Positions 55,728 to 64,000 of a stretch of DNA of 64,000 nt are shown here, piece by piece; positions within the stretch are counted from its first letter, which is position 1; each line of letters opens with the position of its first letter. The stretch is taken from NCBI GenBank assembly GCA_017540815.1, contig JAFYAI010000036.1:3637-67636 (forward strand), in the 5' to 3' direction. The translations under genes were made by a program, and so were the position numbers. The notes below the pieces were generated by a model that saw only the letters and a program-made list of their open reading frames with translations, searched no databases and was not told the origin of the DNA. The stretch is from Spirochaetales bacterium. Its GTDB lineage: Bacteria > Spirochaetota > GWE2-31-10 > MWDO01.

Positions 55728-57311
55728 ATGGGGGCTATTGTGGCTAATATTACAATCAAACGAGCACTGATTAGTGTATTTGACAAGACAGGTGTTGTTG
55801 ATCTGGCGAAGACACTTGCCGGAGACGGTGTTGAGATCCTCTCTACAGGCGGTACATACAAACTGTTGTGTGAGCAGGGTATTCCGTGTGTAAAGATCGA
55901 AGACTTCACCGGACAGAAAGAGATATTCGGCGGTCGTGTCAAGACTCTGCATACCAAGATACATGCCGGCATCTTAAGCAAGAGGGATAAAGAGGCTCAG
56001 GAGCTTAATACCGAGCATATCGATCTCGTATGTGTCAATCTCTATCCGTTCGGCAAACTGATTAACGATAATGTGCGTGAGATGGATAAGTTGATTGAGA
56101 TGATAGACATCGGCGGTCCGACAATGATCCGAGCGGCATCGAAGAACTATAAGCATGTTTGTGTCATTCCGTCTGCCGCTTACTATGACGAGTTTATCGA
56201 GGCATATAAGAATAACAATATTACCGAAGAGTTCCGGCTTAAGATGGCGATCGAGACATTCCGCACAACGGCATATTATGACAGTGTGATCTCTAAGTCT
56301 CTGTTCAATGTTTCGACAGGCAAAGGTTTGTTCGACACTATCGAGAATGAAACAGTTGCTCTGCCGCTTAATAAAGTCCTTGATATGCGATATGGCGAGA
56401 ATCCTCACCAGTATGCTTCCTACAATGCGATACCGACATTTGCAGATGAAGATATATCGAAGTTCTTCACTGACGGCAAGATTCACGGCAAAGAGCTGAG
56501 CTATAACAATATCGCTGATATTTCAGGCGCAATGAGGATTTTGTCCGACCTGCCGGATAATGCCTGCGTAGTCGTAAAGCATTCCAATCCGTGCGGCTGT
56601 GCTGCTAAGGCTACGACATTCGAGTCATATAAGGCGGCTTATGAAGGCGACAGCGTTTCGATATTCGGCGGTATCGTCGGATTCCGAGGCACAGTCAATA
56701 AGCAGACGGCTGAGCTGCTGTCACAGATATTCCTTGAGATCATTATCTGTGAGAAATTCGATGCTGATGCTCTGGAGATACTCTCTGCGAAGAAGAACAT
56801 CCGCCTGATGGAATATGCAGCCTGGAAAGACAAGATCTTACAATATGAGAATAACTTCGAGATGAAGAAAGTGTTGGGCGGTGTGCTTATTCAGGAGCGT
56901 GACCGCATCAATCCGGGCAAAGACGAGGAGATGAATGTCATCACTAATGCTAAGCCGACTGATGCTCAGATCGAAGATATGAAATTCGGTCAGACACTCG
57001 TCAAGCATGTGAAGTCCAATGCGATCGTAGTTGTTAAAGACAAAATGCTGTTGGGCGTTGGTGCAGGTCAGATGAATCGTGTAACTTCTGCACGCATTGC
57101 TCTTGATTGGGCGGGCGACAAGGCAAAAGGTGCGATCCTTGCATCTGATGCATTCTTCCCGATGCCGGACACAGTAGAACTTGCTATCGAGCGTGGCATA
57201 TCTGCTATCGTGCAGCCGGGCGGATCTATCAGAGATCAGGACTCAATTGATGTCTGCAATGCCAATAACCTGCCGATGGTATTTACAGGCAAGAGACACT
57301 TTTTGCACTAA
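55728..57311 (+). CDS. purH: Bifunctional AICAR transformylase / IMP cyclohydrolase
   Basis: IKRALISVFDKTG...STGGT...GGRVKTLH MGS-like N-terminus and AICARFT C-terminal domain. The true start may be GTG at 55740. Confidence 0.9.
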   Translation: MGAIVANITIKRALISVFDKTGVVDLAKTLAGDGVEILSTGGTYKLLCEQGIPCVKIEDFTGQKEIFGGRVKTLHTKIHAGILSKRDKEAQELNTEHIDLVCVNLYPFGKLINDNVREMDKLIEMIDIGGPTMIRAASKNYKHVCVIPSAAYYDEFIEAYKNNNITEEFRLKMAIETFRTTAYYDSVISKSLFNVSTGKGLFDTIENETVALPLNKVLDMRYGENPHQYASYNAIPTFADEDISKFFTDGKIHGKELSYNNIADISGAMRILSDLPDNACVVVKHSNPCGCAAKATTFESYKAAYEGDSVSIFGGIVGFRGTVNKQTAELLSQIFLEIIICEKFDADALEILSAKKNIRLMEYAAWKDKILQYENNFEMKKVLGGVLIQERDRINPGKDEEMNVITNAKPTDAQIEDMKFGQTLVKHVKSNAIVVVKDKMLLGVGAGQMNRVTSARIALDWAGDKAKGAILASDAFFPMPDTVELAIERGISAIVQPGGSIRDQDSIDVCNANNLPMVFTGKRHFLH

Positions 57312-57321
57312 GAACTGCTAT

Positions 57322-57368
57322 GAAATCGTAAAAAAAGCGGAAAAATCTTTGAGATTTTTCCGCTTTTT
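57322..57368 (+). terminator. Rho-independent terminator
   Basis: aaaaagcggaaaaatc tttgag atttttccgcttttt. Confidence 0.85.
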
Positions 57369-57388
57369 AATTAAAAATCTTTTTGCTA

Positions 57389-57417
57389 TTGACACTTAGA
57401 TTTTTTTAGATTATAAT
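57389..57417 (+). promoter_or_regulatory. Sigma-70-type promoter
   Basis: ttgaca, 17 bp, tataat. Confidence 0.55.
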
Positions 57418-57451
57418 AATTCTAAATTATTCGTTATTAAGGAGTTCATAA

Positions 57452-57877
57452 GTGCTGTATAATAAAATTCTGACATTCACAATGCTGTTAATCCTCTTGG
57501 CGGGGATGCAGGTGTTTGCCGCTTCTCAGGAAGATATTGACAGGGCAACAGAGAAGACGATGAATTACAGACTTGATGTCAAGAACTGTCCGACTTTACA
57601 GGAAGTTGCAGATAAGCAGCTCGTAGATATTCGATGGAGCAATCCGGGCGGCGGTGATCAGAACTATTGCTTTGTGAAACTTCAGGGCTTTCAGAAAAAT
57701 CACGAATTTTTTTCTGTTATATTCAAATACGATGTTATCTCGCAAAGGACAGAGCCGTATTCTGTTCGGCGAGGATCGAAAGAAACATTCAAAATTGACG
57801 AAGTGCAGCGTCAGCTGATGAGATTCTATGCTACAGAGTCTATGGAAGTATGGCAGTTAATGAAAAGAGCGAAATAA
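57452..57877 (+). CDS. Small secreted hypothetical protein
   Basis: Signal peptide MLYNKILTFTMLLILLAGMQVFAA. Confidence 0.35.
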   Translation: MLYNKILTFTMLLILLAGMQVFAASQEDIDRATEKTMNYRLDVKNCPTLQEVADKQLVDIRWSNPGGGDQNYCFVKLQGFQKNHEFFSVIFKYDVISQRTEPYSVRRGSKETFKIDEVQRQLMRFYATESMEVWQLMKRAK

Positions 57878-57895
57878 CTCGGTTGTAAAATATTT

Positions 57896-58717
57896 ATGCA
57901 CATAATAGATTGTCATACACATGCTTTCCCTGATGCGATCGCTGCAAGAGCGGTTGCCGGACTTGCTCAGAAAAGTAAGCCGTATATTCCGCATACAGAC
58001 GGCACTGCTGCTGACTTAGCACAGACTGCAGCCCGTAATGGTGTAGATACATGCCTTATATGCAATATCGCCACTAAGCCGGCTCAAGTCCATTCTATTC
58101 TTCGCTGGTCTGCGGAAGTGCGCCGGCAATACGGAGACAGACTTATCCCGCTTGCTTCATTCTATCCGAAGAGTGAGACTTGGGAGTCTGATCTGCAGTT
58201 GTGTCTTGACTCTGATCTGCCCGGGCTGAAGTTCCATCCTATGTATCAGGACTTCAATATCGATGATGATATTATGTGGGAGATATACCGCCGCATTGCA
58301 GCGTCAGGCAAGTTTGTGATATTTCATAACGGTTATGATGTCGGATTTCCGATGGATTATGACAATGCGTCTCCGCAGCGGCTGGCGAAAGTTTTGGACA
58401 AAGTGCCTGATCTGACAGTTATCGCATCGCATGTAGGCGGCTGGCATGATTGGGATAATGTCGAACAGTATCTGGCAGGCTGTGATGTCTATATAGAATG
58501 TTCATTTATCAATGAAGTCCCGCTTGACATCCTGTATAAGATTTTTGCGAGTCATGATCCCGATAAATTCCTCTTCGGCAGCGATACGCCGTGGCTTGAG
58601 CAGGGCAAATTGATAGCTTATATTAATGGACTTGATATTGAAGATTCGTTTCGCCAGAAATTGTTTTATCAGAATGCTGCACAATTGTTAAGATTATCAA
58701 ATATAAACGGAGCATAA
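57896..58717 (+). CDS. Amidohydrolase-2 family (TIM-barrel metal-dependent hydrolase)
   Basis: MHIIDCHTHAFP N-terminal His-x-His and downstream His/Asp ligands. Confidence 0.65.
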   Translation: MHIIDCHTHAFPDAIAARAVAGLAQKSKPYIPHTDGTAADLAQTAARNGVDTCLICNIATKPAQVHSILRWSAEVRRQYGDRLIPLASFYPKSETWESDLQLCLDSDLPGLKFHPMYQDFNIDDDIMWEIYRRIAASGKFVIFHNGYDVGFPMDYDNASPQRLAKVLDKVPDLTVIASHVGGWHDWDNVEQYLAGCDVYIECSFINEVPLDILYKIFASHDPDKFLFGSDTPWLEQGKLIAYINGLDIEDSFRQKLFYQNAAQLLRLSNINGA

Positions 58718-58718
58718 T

Positions 58719-59141
58719 ATGAAACTTGCAGTCGCTTATGACAGATCAAATAATCAGATATGGCAGCATTTTGGGCGGACTGAGTATTTCCGCATTGTGA
58801 CTATTGACGGGACGAATGTGACTGCCGATAAGATTGTCTCTGCTAACGGCACCGGGCACGGAGCATTGGCGGGATTTCTGCACGAATATGGAGTAGAGGC
58901 TCTAATCTGCGGCGGTATCGGTGGCGGTGCGAAGAATGCGTTGGCGGATGCCGGTATTACTCTGTATGGCGGAGTGTCCGGTGATGCAGATGAAGCGATT
59001 GTTGCTTTTGTGACGGGTAATCTGCAATATAGCACTGAGCCGACATGTGATCATAACGAACATGGGGAAGGCCACGACTGCGGCAGCCAACATTCTCATT
59101 CCTGCGGCGGACATAGCCGGAGTTCTTTGCTGAAACATTGA
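58719..59141 (+). CDS. NifB/NifX-like FeMo-cofactor-biosynthesis-domain (Nitro_FeMo-Co) protein with His-rich tail
   Basis: MKLAVAYDRSNNQIWQHFGRTEYFRI... pattern of the dinitrogenase FeMo-cofactor binding fold. C-terminal H/C-rich tail. Confidence 0.6.
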   Translation: MKLAVAYDRSNNQIWQHFGRTEYFRIVTIDGTNVTADKIVSANGTGHGALAGFLHEYGVEALICGGIGGGAKNALADAGITLYGGVSGDADEAIVAFVTGNLQYSTEPTCDHNEHGEGHDCGSQHSHSCGGHSRSSLLKH

Positions 59142-59302
59142 AAAATACGAAAATCCAAGTTATCAATCAATTATATAACTGCCATGAAAAAAGATCTAAA
59201 GAGAGTTCAAAAACGAGGCTATGATATGCAAGAGATTGCTAAAGTTATTGAGAAAGCCGAGCAATCCTGCCTGTTAAAAAACATTGACATAATCAGAAAT
59301 TA
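59142..59302 (+). pseudogene. Remnant of a YafQ/RelE-family toxin gene (N-terminal about 50 codons only, no proper start)
   Basis: The frame immediately after the preceding stop reads KIRKSKLSINYITAMKKDLKRVQKRGYDMQEIAKVIEKAEQSCLLKN*. This is similar to the YafQ N-terminus (compare the intact copy FKKDYKLAQKSGYDLSEFETLVNRL at 38195). Confidence 0.35.
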
Positions 59303-59341
59303 ATTTTATTATTATTTACCATGTATTCAAGGAGTTACATT

Positions 59342-60607
59342 ATGAAATTAGATACAATATGTGTGCAGGGTGCATATCAGCCTAAGAATGGCGAACCGCG
59401 GGTAATGCCGATCGTGCAGAGCACAACTTATAAATACGAATCAAGCGATGAGATGGGACAGTTATTCGACCTGAAGAAGCCTGGGTATTTCTACTCTCGT
59501 CTGGCGAATCCGACATGTGACCTCGTCGCACAGAAGATCGCGATGATGGAAGGCGGAGTCGGCGGTATGCTGACGGGCAGCGGACAGGCCGCTAACTTTT
59601 ATGCTATATTTAACATCGCTAATGCGGGAGATCATATCGTATCATCTTCGGCTATCTATGGCGGCACATTCAATCTGTTTAATGTCACGATGCGGAAGCT
59701 CGGTATTGACTTCACTTTCGTCAAGCCTAACGCTACTGAGGCAGAGATCGAGGCTGCTTTTAAGCCCAATACTAAAGCCGTTTTCGGAGAGACTATCTCC
59801 AATCCGAGTCTTGATATTTTCGACTTCGATAAGTTTGCCAAGGCGGCTCATGCTCATGGCGTGCCTCTTATCGTGGATAATACATTCGCTACTCCGATTA
59901 ACTGCCGCCCGATTGAGTTCGGCACTGACATCGTAACTCATTCTACGACTAAGTATATGGACGGTCACGCTTCGACTGTCGGCGGTGTTATCGTAGACAG
60001 TGGCAACTTCGATTGGACTCAGAATGACAAGTTCCCCGGACTAACGACTCCGGATGAGAGTTATCACGGCATCGTCTATGCAGATCAGGGCAAGATGGCT
60101 TATACAACCAAACTTGTTGCACAACTTATGCGAGACCTCGGTTCTGTTCAGTCTCCGCAGAGTGCATTCCTTATTAACATCGGTCTTGAGACACTGCATC
60201 TTAGGATGCCGAAACACTGCCAGAATGCTCTGGCTGTCGCTAAATATCTGAAAAAGAACCCGAAGATTGGCTGGGTAAACTGTGCTATGCTGGAAGACGA
60301 TCCGCAGTATGCTCTTGCCAAAAAATATATGCCTCATGGCACATGCGGTGTTGTTTCATTCGGGATAAAAGGCGGACGAGCAGCGGCTACGACATTTATG
60401 GATAGTCTCAAACTTGCAGCGATAGTAACTCATGTTGCAGATGCCCGCACATGCTGCCTGCATCCGGCTTCGACGACACATCGTCAGCTTACCGACAAGC
60501 AGCTCGAAGAATGCGGTGTTTCACCTGATCTGGTGAGATTCAGCGTTGGTATCGAAGATGCGGAAGACATTATAGCTGATATACAGCAGGCATTGGATAG
60601 ATGCTGA
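59342..60607 (+). CDS. metY: O-acetylhomoserine sulfhydrylase / PLP-dependent Cys-Met metabolism enzyme
   Basis: PLP-lysine region (HSTTKYMDGH) and fold-type I gamma-family motifs. AAGGAG RBS before ATG 59342. Confidence 0.85.
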   Translation: MKLDTICVQGAYQPKNGEPRVMPIVQSTTYKYESSDEMGQLFDLKKPGYFYSRLANPTCDLVAQKIAMMEGGVGGMLTGSGQAANFYAIFNIANAGDHIVSSSAIYGGTFNLFNVTMRKLGIDFTFVKPNATEAEIEAAFKPNTKAVFGETISNPSLDIFDFDKFAKAAHAHGVPLIVDNTFATPINCRPIEFGTDIVTHSTTKYMDGHASTVGGVIVDSGNFDWTQNDKFPGLTTPDESYHGIVYADQGKMAYTTKLVAQLMRDLGSVQSPQSAFLINIGLETLHLRMPKHCQNALAVAKYLKKNPKIGWVNCAMLEDDPQYALAKKYMPHGTCGVVSFGIKGGRAAATTFMDSLKLAAIVTHVADARTCCLHPASTTHRQLTDKQLEECGVSPDLVRFSVGIEDAEDIIADIQQALDRC

Positions 60608-60619
60608 TGATGTTGTTAT

Positions 60620-60662
60620 AAAAAATGAGATTTTCGCTTGCGAAAATCTCATTTTTTTATTT
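60620..60662. terminator. Bidirectional terminator
   Basis: aaaaaatgagattttcgc ttgc gaaaatctcattttttt. Confidence 0.85.
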
Positions 60663-61808
60663 CTTTTTTATTCCCCAGCCTTTCCTGGAAGGCTCATTGA
60701 TAGTGGTAGTAGTTGCAGCAGATTCTGCAGTGCTTCCCCGTGCTGCTGATTCGTCAGGCTTCTCGGTGTCCTGCTCCTGTCGGCGGTCTTCTGTTGAGTG
60801 CCGCGGCTGAAATGTCATATTCTCAGGGATCTCTGTGATCGTCAGTTTGAGGACATCCGGCTTGACCGATACGAGCGTGACATTCATCGGCGGGTTGACA
60901 TTGATGCGCGTAGAGTATTCTCCCTGATATGATATGTTGCGGCAGTCAACACTGAGGATAATGCTTGTCTTCTGCAGAGACTCCAGCGTCTTTTTATCGC
61001 CGCTTATCGTGACTGCAATCTTGTCGTCAATGTGATATTCTGCTTTAAGGAACTTTTTCAGATTGTTGATCTCAACAGCATTGTATGTGAATGTAACATT
61101 CTCAATATCCTTGACAATACGGATCGTGACTTTTGCATTTGACTTGCCGACAAATGTAACGAGAGGGCTCGGTGATATAAGGCTCACATCCTGACTGATG
61201 ATCGAGTCTATTGCCTTTTCTATATTGATCGCTTCTGTTCTGACAGACTGAATGTCGTTAATCACACCGGCAGGTCCCTGTATCCTGATGTAGTTAATAT
61301 CAAGCTGCTGATCGTGTATAATGTAGCCGTCAGCAGGGAGGCCCTTAGTGTTGATCTGTATCGGTACACTCTTCTGCTGGATATTTTCGATATTGACGGT
61401 AATCTTGGCAGGATTAAGTTCTACCGTGCTGAACAGCATTGAGTTCCTCATGTGCTGAAATGCTTTCGGCATATCCCATTCTATCGGCAGAGTGTAGTTA
61501 TTCTGCTCGTTGATACCTGACAGATCGAGATGCACATTGAAGTCCTCTTCGGTAATACTGTCCAAGACATTCTGCTTATCTTTGACTGTAACACGGATCA
61601 CATCCGGCAGCGTGTTGGTGATCACAAAGTCATCGGCATTCAGACCTTCGATACGGAGACGGCATGAGAAAACCTTGTCATTGCGCTGGTTGAATGCAAC
61701 AATCGTATACAGAAGCAGTGCTCCGGCAAGACATATCAGATAATGAATGACTATCTTGTGTTTAGACATCTTATTTGTCTGATCTTTTGTTCGTTTATCA
61801 GTTTTCAT
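60657..61808 (-). CDS. cdaR: YbbR-domain protein CdaR (regulator of diadenylate cyclase CdaA)
   Basis: N-terminal TM anchor and repeated YbbR-like beta domains. Immediately downstream of and overlapping cdaA. Confidence 0.7.
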   Translation of the reverse strand: MKTDKRTKDQTNKMSKHKIVIHYLICLAGALLLYTIVAFNQRNDKVFSCRLRIEGLNADDFVITNTLPDVIRVTVKDKQNVLDSITEEDFNVHLDLSGINEQNNYTLPIEWDMPKAFQHMRNSMLFSTVELNPAKITVNIENIQQKSVPIQINTKGLPADGYIIHDQQLDINYIRIQGPAGVINDIQSVRTEAINIEKAIDSIISQDVSLISPSPLVTFVGKSNAKVTIRIVKDIENVTFTYNAVEINNLKKFLKAEYHIDDKIAVTISGDKKTLESLQKTSIILSVDCRNISYQGEYSTRINVNPPMNVTLVSVKPDVLKLTITEIPENMTFQPRHSTEDRRQEQDTEKPDESAARGSTAESAATTTTINEPSRKGWGIKKK

Positions 61809-62628
61809 CTTCGTCCTCCTCTTCGTCAGTATCTTGGTATCCGAGCTGAGTTGTCAGTTCTTCACGCAGTGCATCTATATCATAGTTGCTCCATATCTTG
61901 CCGTCTTTGGCTACGCTTATTTTGCCTGTCTCTTCCGATACGACAACGACAAGAGCGTCTGTTTCCTCAGTTATGCCGACTGCAGCTCTGTGGCGTGTGC
62001 CGAGATCTCGGCTTATCTGTGTACTGCCACTGACAGGCAGGTAGCATCCTGCGGCTGCGATCTTGTCATTCCTAATGATGACTGCTCCGTCATGCAGCGG
62101 TGAGAATACGCTGCCTCCCTGTTCATGGTAGCATCCGAAGATGGCGATGAGCAGCGGTGCGGAAATCCTGGCATTAAGTGTTGTGCCTGTCTTGATATAT
62201 TTCTTTAGACCGTCGTTTTTCTCAAATACTATGAGTGCACCTGTATGGAGAATCGAGAAGTTATCGACGGATTTGAGTATTTCTTCAAGGTTCGTCTTAT
62301 CAGCCTGCTGGTGGCGGTTGAAGTACAGCCCGCCCTTGCCGATAGACGAGAGCAATTCGCGTATCTCCGGTTGGAACAGTATTATTAAAGCGATGGCGAG
62401 GACTCCAGCGATCTGATTCATCAGCCATAGACATGTGTTTAACTGGAAGATGCGTACTACGATATACAGGGCGACGAATGCAACAACTCCGACGATAACC
62501 TGCACACCTTTTGTTCCGGACAGAATGCGATATATTCCGTAGAACAAAGCAGAAATAAGGAAAATGTCGAGCATAGTAAAAATAATGTTACCTATCTTTA
62601 CAATCAGCGGAGCATATAACCAAACCAT
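61798..62628 (-). CDS. cdaA: Diadenylate cyclase CdaA (DisA_N domain, membrane-anchored)
   Basis: Three N-terminal TM helices. DGAVII and LGTRHRAAVG DAC-domain motifs. Confidence 0.85.
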   Translation of the reverse strand: MVWLYAPLIVKIGNIIFTMLDIFLISALFYGIYRILSGTKGVQVIVGVVAFVALYIVVRIFQLNTCLWLMNQIAGVLAIALIILFQPEIRELLSSIGKGGLYFNRHQQADKTNLEEILKSVDNFSILHTGALIVFEKNDGLKKYIKTGTTLNARISAPLLIAIFGCYHEQGGSVFSPLHDGAVIIRNDKIAAAGCYLPVSGSTQISRDLGTRHRAAVGITEETDALVVVVSEETGKISVAKDGKIWSNYDIDALREELTTQLGYQDTDEEEDEDEN

Positions 62629-62745
62629 CGTAATTCCTTCATAAAGTTTTGCACTGATATTATACCCACATTTTCGGTTTTTTTCTAAATTTATTTATAA
62701 ATAAAGTAAATAAAGAAGTCTTTACTTATGTTTTAACTTCTTTTT

Positions 62746-63951
62746 TTATTCATCTCCTTCACCTTTAGCTGTCGCATTAATCAGGATCTTCATCACTTTA
62801 GCTTCTTCCTGAGAGTGCACTCTGACGATATTTGCACCATTAATAATCGCTATAGTATTAGTTATAATCGTGCTGACAAGGGAGTGATCCAATTTGCCTT
62901 TGAGTGCCGAACGCAGGAATGACTTGCGTGACAACCCGACGAGCAGCGGTCTGTTGAAATATTTGAAACTTGTCAGCTGCTTCATCATAAGGAAGTTATC
63001 ATCGTCATTTTTGCCGAAACCGATACCCGGATCTATAATGATATTTTTGCGGTCGATGCCAAGCCCGATTGCATAGGATATATTGGATTGTATCTCTCTT
63101 ATTGCATCAGGGATCGCAGTGAAAGGTTTAGGCTGGCTGCTGATATTCTGAGGATTGCATATCAGTGCAACAGGACATTTCTTGCGGGCTGCTACTCGGA
63201 CAAGACTCTCGCAATATCGCAGAGGCAGGATCATATTGATCATATCAATGCCGGCATCTATACATGCCGATGCGACTTCTGCCCGCGTTGTGTCTATAGT
63301 TGTGATTATATTAGGGAATCTATCCCTTATATCTTTGACCAATGCAGACAGATATTCTGTTATATTCTCCGGGATATTTGCGATGATGCTTTTTGCATAC
63401 AGTTCTTCTCCGCAGATGTCTATCATTGCAGCATTGCCTTCAACCAGCTGCTCAATCTTGTTCATGATCTCGATGCGTTCCGGATCTTCTGTTACCATAT
63501 CAGTCGTGAATGGCACAACTCCCATAATATAGCATGTTTTATTGAAGTCCAACACTTTGCCGTTAATGTCGATAGCAGTGATCTTAGCTTCGATATTGCG
63601 GGCTATCTCTTTGGCTATCTCTGCAAGTCCGTTTTTGCCGCCGGCTATCTTCTTGATGAGGATGCGGAAGTCACTCTTAGAACCTGAGATGATCATATCT
63701 GTAGTGTGTTCGGTGAAGTTATATGCGTCGTAAGAAATTGCCACTTCACCGCCGATCGTTCCCATATACTGCTTGATAGTGTTCGCTGCACGGGTATCGA
63801 CATTCTCCAGTTTGAGATGGAGAAATGACATTTTCTGAACAAGCAGATCAATAGATTTGGCATCGACTTTGATATTGGCGAGTTCTTTCTTGATCTCATA
63901 ATCATTGTCTAATGTGATAAGATGCGTATTATATTCCGTATTGTTAGGCAT
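62746..63951 (-). CDS. folP: Dihydropteroate synthase with about 130-aa N-terminal extension
   Basis: Pterin-binding domain motifs (IINATPDSFSDGG-like core) and C-terminal GANIVRVH signature. Confidence 0.75.
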   Translation of the reverse strand: MPNNTEYNTHLITLDNDYEIKKELANIKVDAKSIDLLVQKMSFLHLKLENVDTRAANTIKQYMGTIGGEVAISYDAYNFTEHTTDMIISGSKSDFRILIKKIAGGKNGLAEIAKEIARNIEAKITAIDINGKVLDFNKTCYIMGVVPFTTDMVTEDPERIEIMNKIEQLVEGNAAMIDICGEELYAKSIIANIPENITEYLSALVKDIRDRFPNIITTIDTTRAEVASACIDAGIDMINMILPLRYCESLVRVAARKKCPVALICNPQNISSQPKPFTAIPDAIREIQSNISYAIGLGIDRKNIIIDPGIGFGKNDDDNFLMMKQLTSFKYFNRPLLVGLSRKSFLRSALKGKLDHSLVSTIITNTIAIINGANIVRVHSQEEAKVMKILINATAKGEGDE

Positions 63952-64000
63952 ATAACATCTCCGTTTACTCCAGTGTATATTGCAGCGGTGTAAGTATCTG

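Noticed and set aside
62690-62740. Hairpin aagaagt...acttctt plus T-run on the plus strand between folP and cdaA
   Set aside because: Both flanking genes are on the minus strand, where the structure lacks a downstream U-tract, so it is not a convincing terminator for them.
1-64000. Search for CRISPR arrays, rRNA, tRNA or tmRNA
   Set aside because: No regularly spaced 25-40-bp direct repeats, no rRNA-like conserved blocks and no cloverleaf-compatible 70-90-nt segments ending near CCA were found in any intergenic region.

Overview
This 64-kb window is a contiguous, gene-dense chromosomal segment. Codon usage, Shine-Dalgarno sites, TTGACA/TATAAT promoters and sporulation-free but Clostridia-like genes (adhE-rex, cdaA-cdaR-folP) suggest a low-to-mid-GC Firmicute, probably a starch-degrading gut or rumen Clostridial organism; that is inference, since I cannot search.

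Housekeeping genes: a giant 5'-truncated cell-surface amylopullulanase with two GH13 catalytic domains, leuA/cimA, rlmD, a sigma-70 paralog, bioB, tyrA, rex-adhE, ilvD, purH, metY, cdaA-cdaR and folP.

Accessory content is interleaved with these:
- Three paralogous 'Listeria-Bacteroides repeat' (Flg_new) lipoproteins with swapped C-terminal domains: DUF1566 in two, an FGE-sulfatase/SUMF1-like domain in one.
- A low-GC islet (about 38.5-45.1 kb) encoding a signal-peptide, membrane-anchored caspase (peptidase C14) protein with a long coiled coil. It sits next to the FGE-sulfatase lipoprotein, a small membrane protein and an Rpn/transposase_31 nuclease. The islet is preceded by a promoter and a roughly 200-nt structured leader.
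- Three intact type II toxin-antitoxin modules (hipBA, hicAB, dinJ-yafQ) plus a yafQ remnant. The hicAB and dinJ-yafQ modules are each preceded by the same terminator-promoter cassette.
- An unusual ATP-grasp::FMN-dependent 2-hydroxy-acid-oxidase fusion protein.
- A TPR-lipoprotein / unknown / LRR-lipoprotein operon next to the sigma factor gene.
- A second low-GC islet (49.3-52.9 kb) with a poly(A)9-frameshifted CsgG/LpoB-like gene, a 551-aa protein carrying a C-terminal HicA-like domain, and a secreted partner.

No rRNA, tRNA or CRISPR arrays were seen. Several structured noncoding elements are reported as candidates: nested inverted repeats, a MITE-like element bounded by inverted repeats, and direct-repeat operator candidates.
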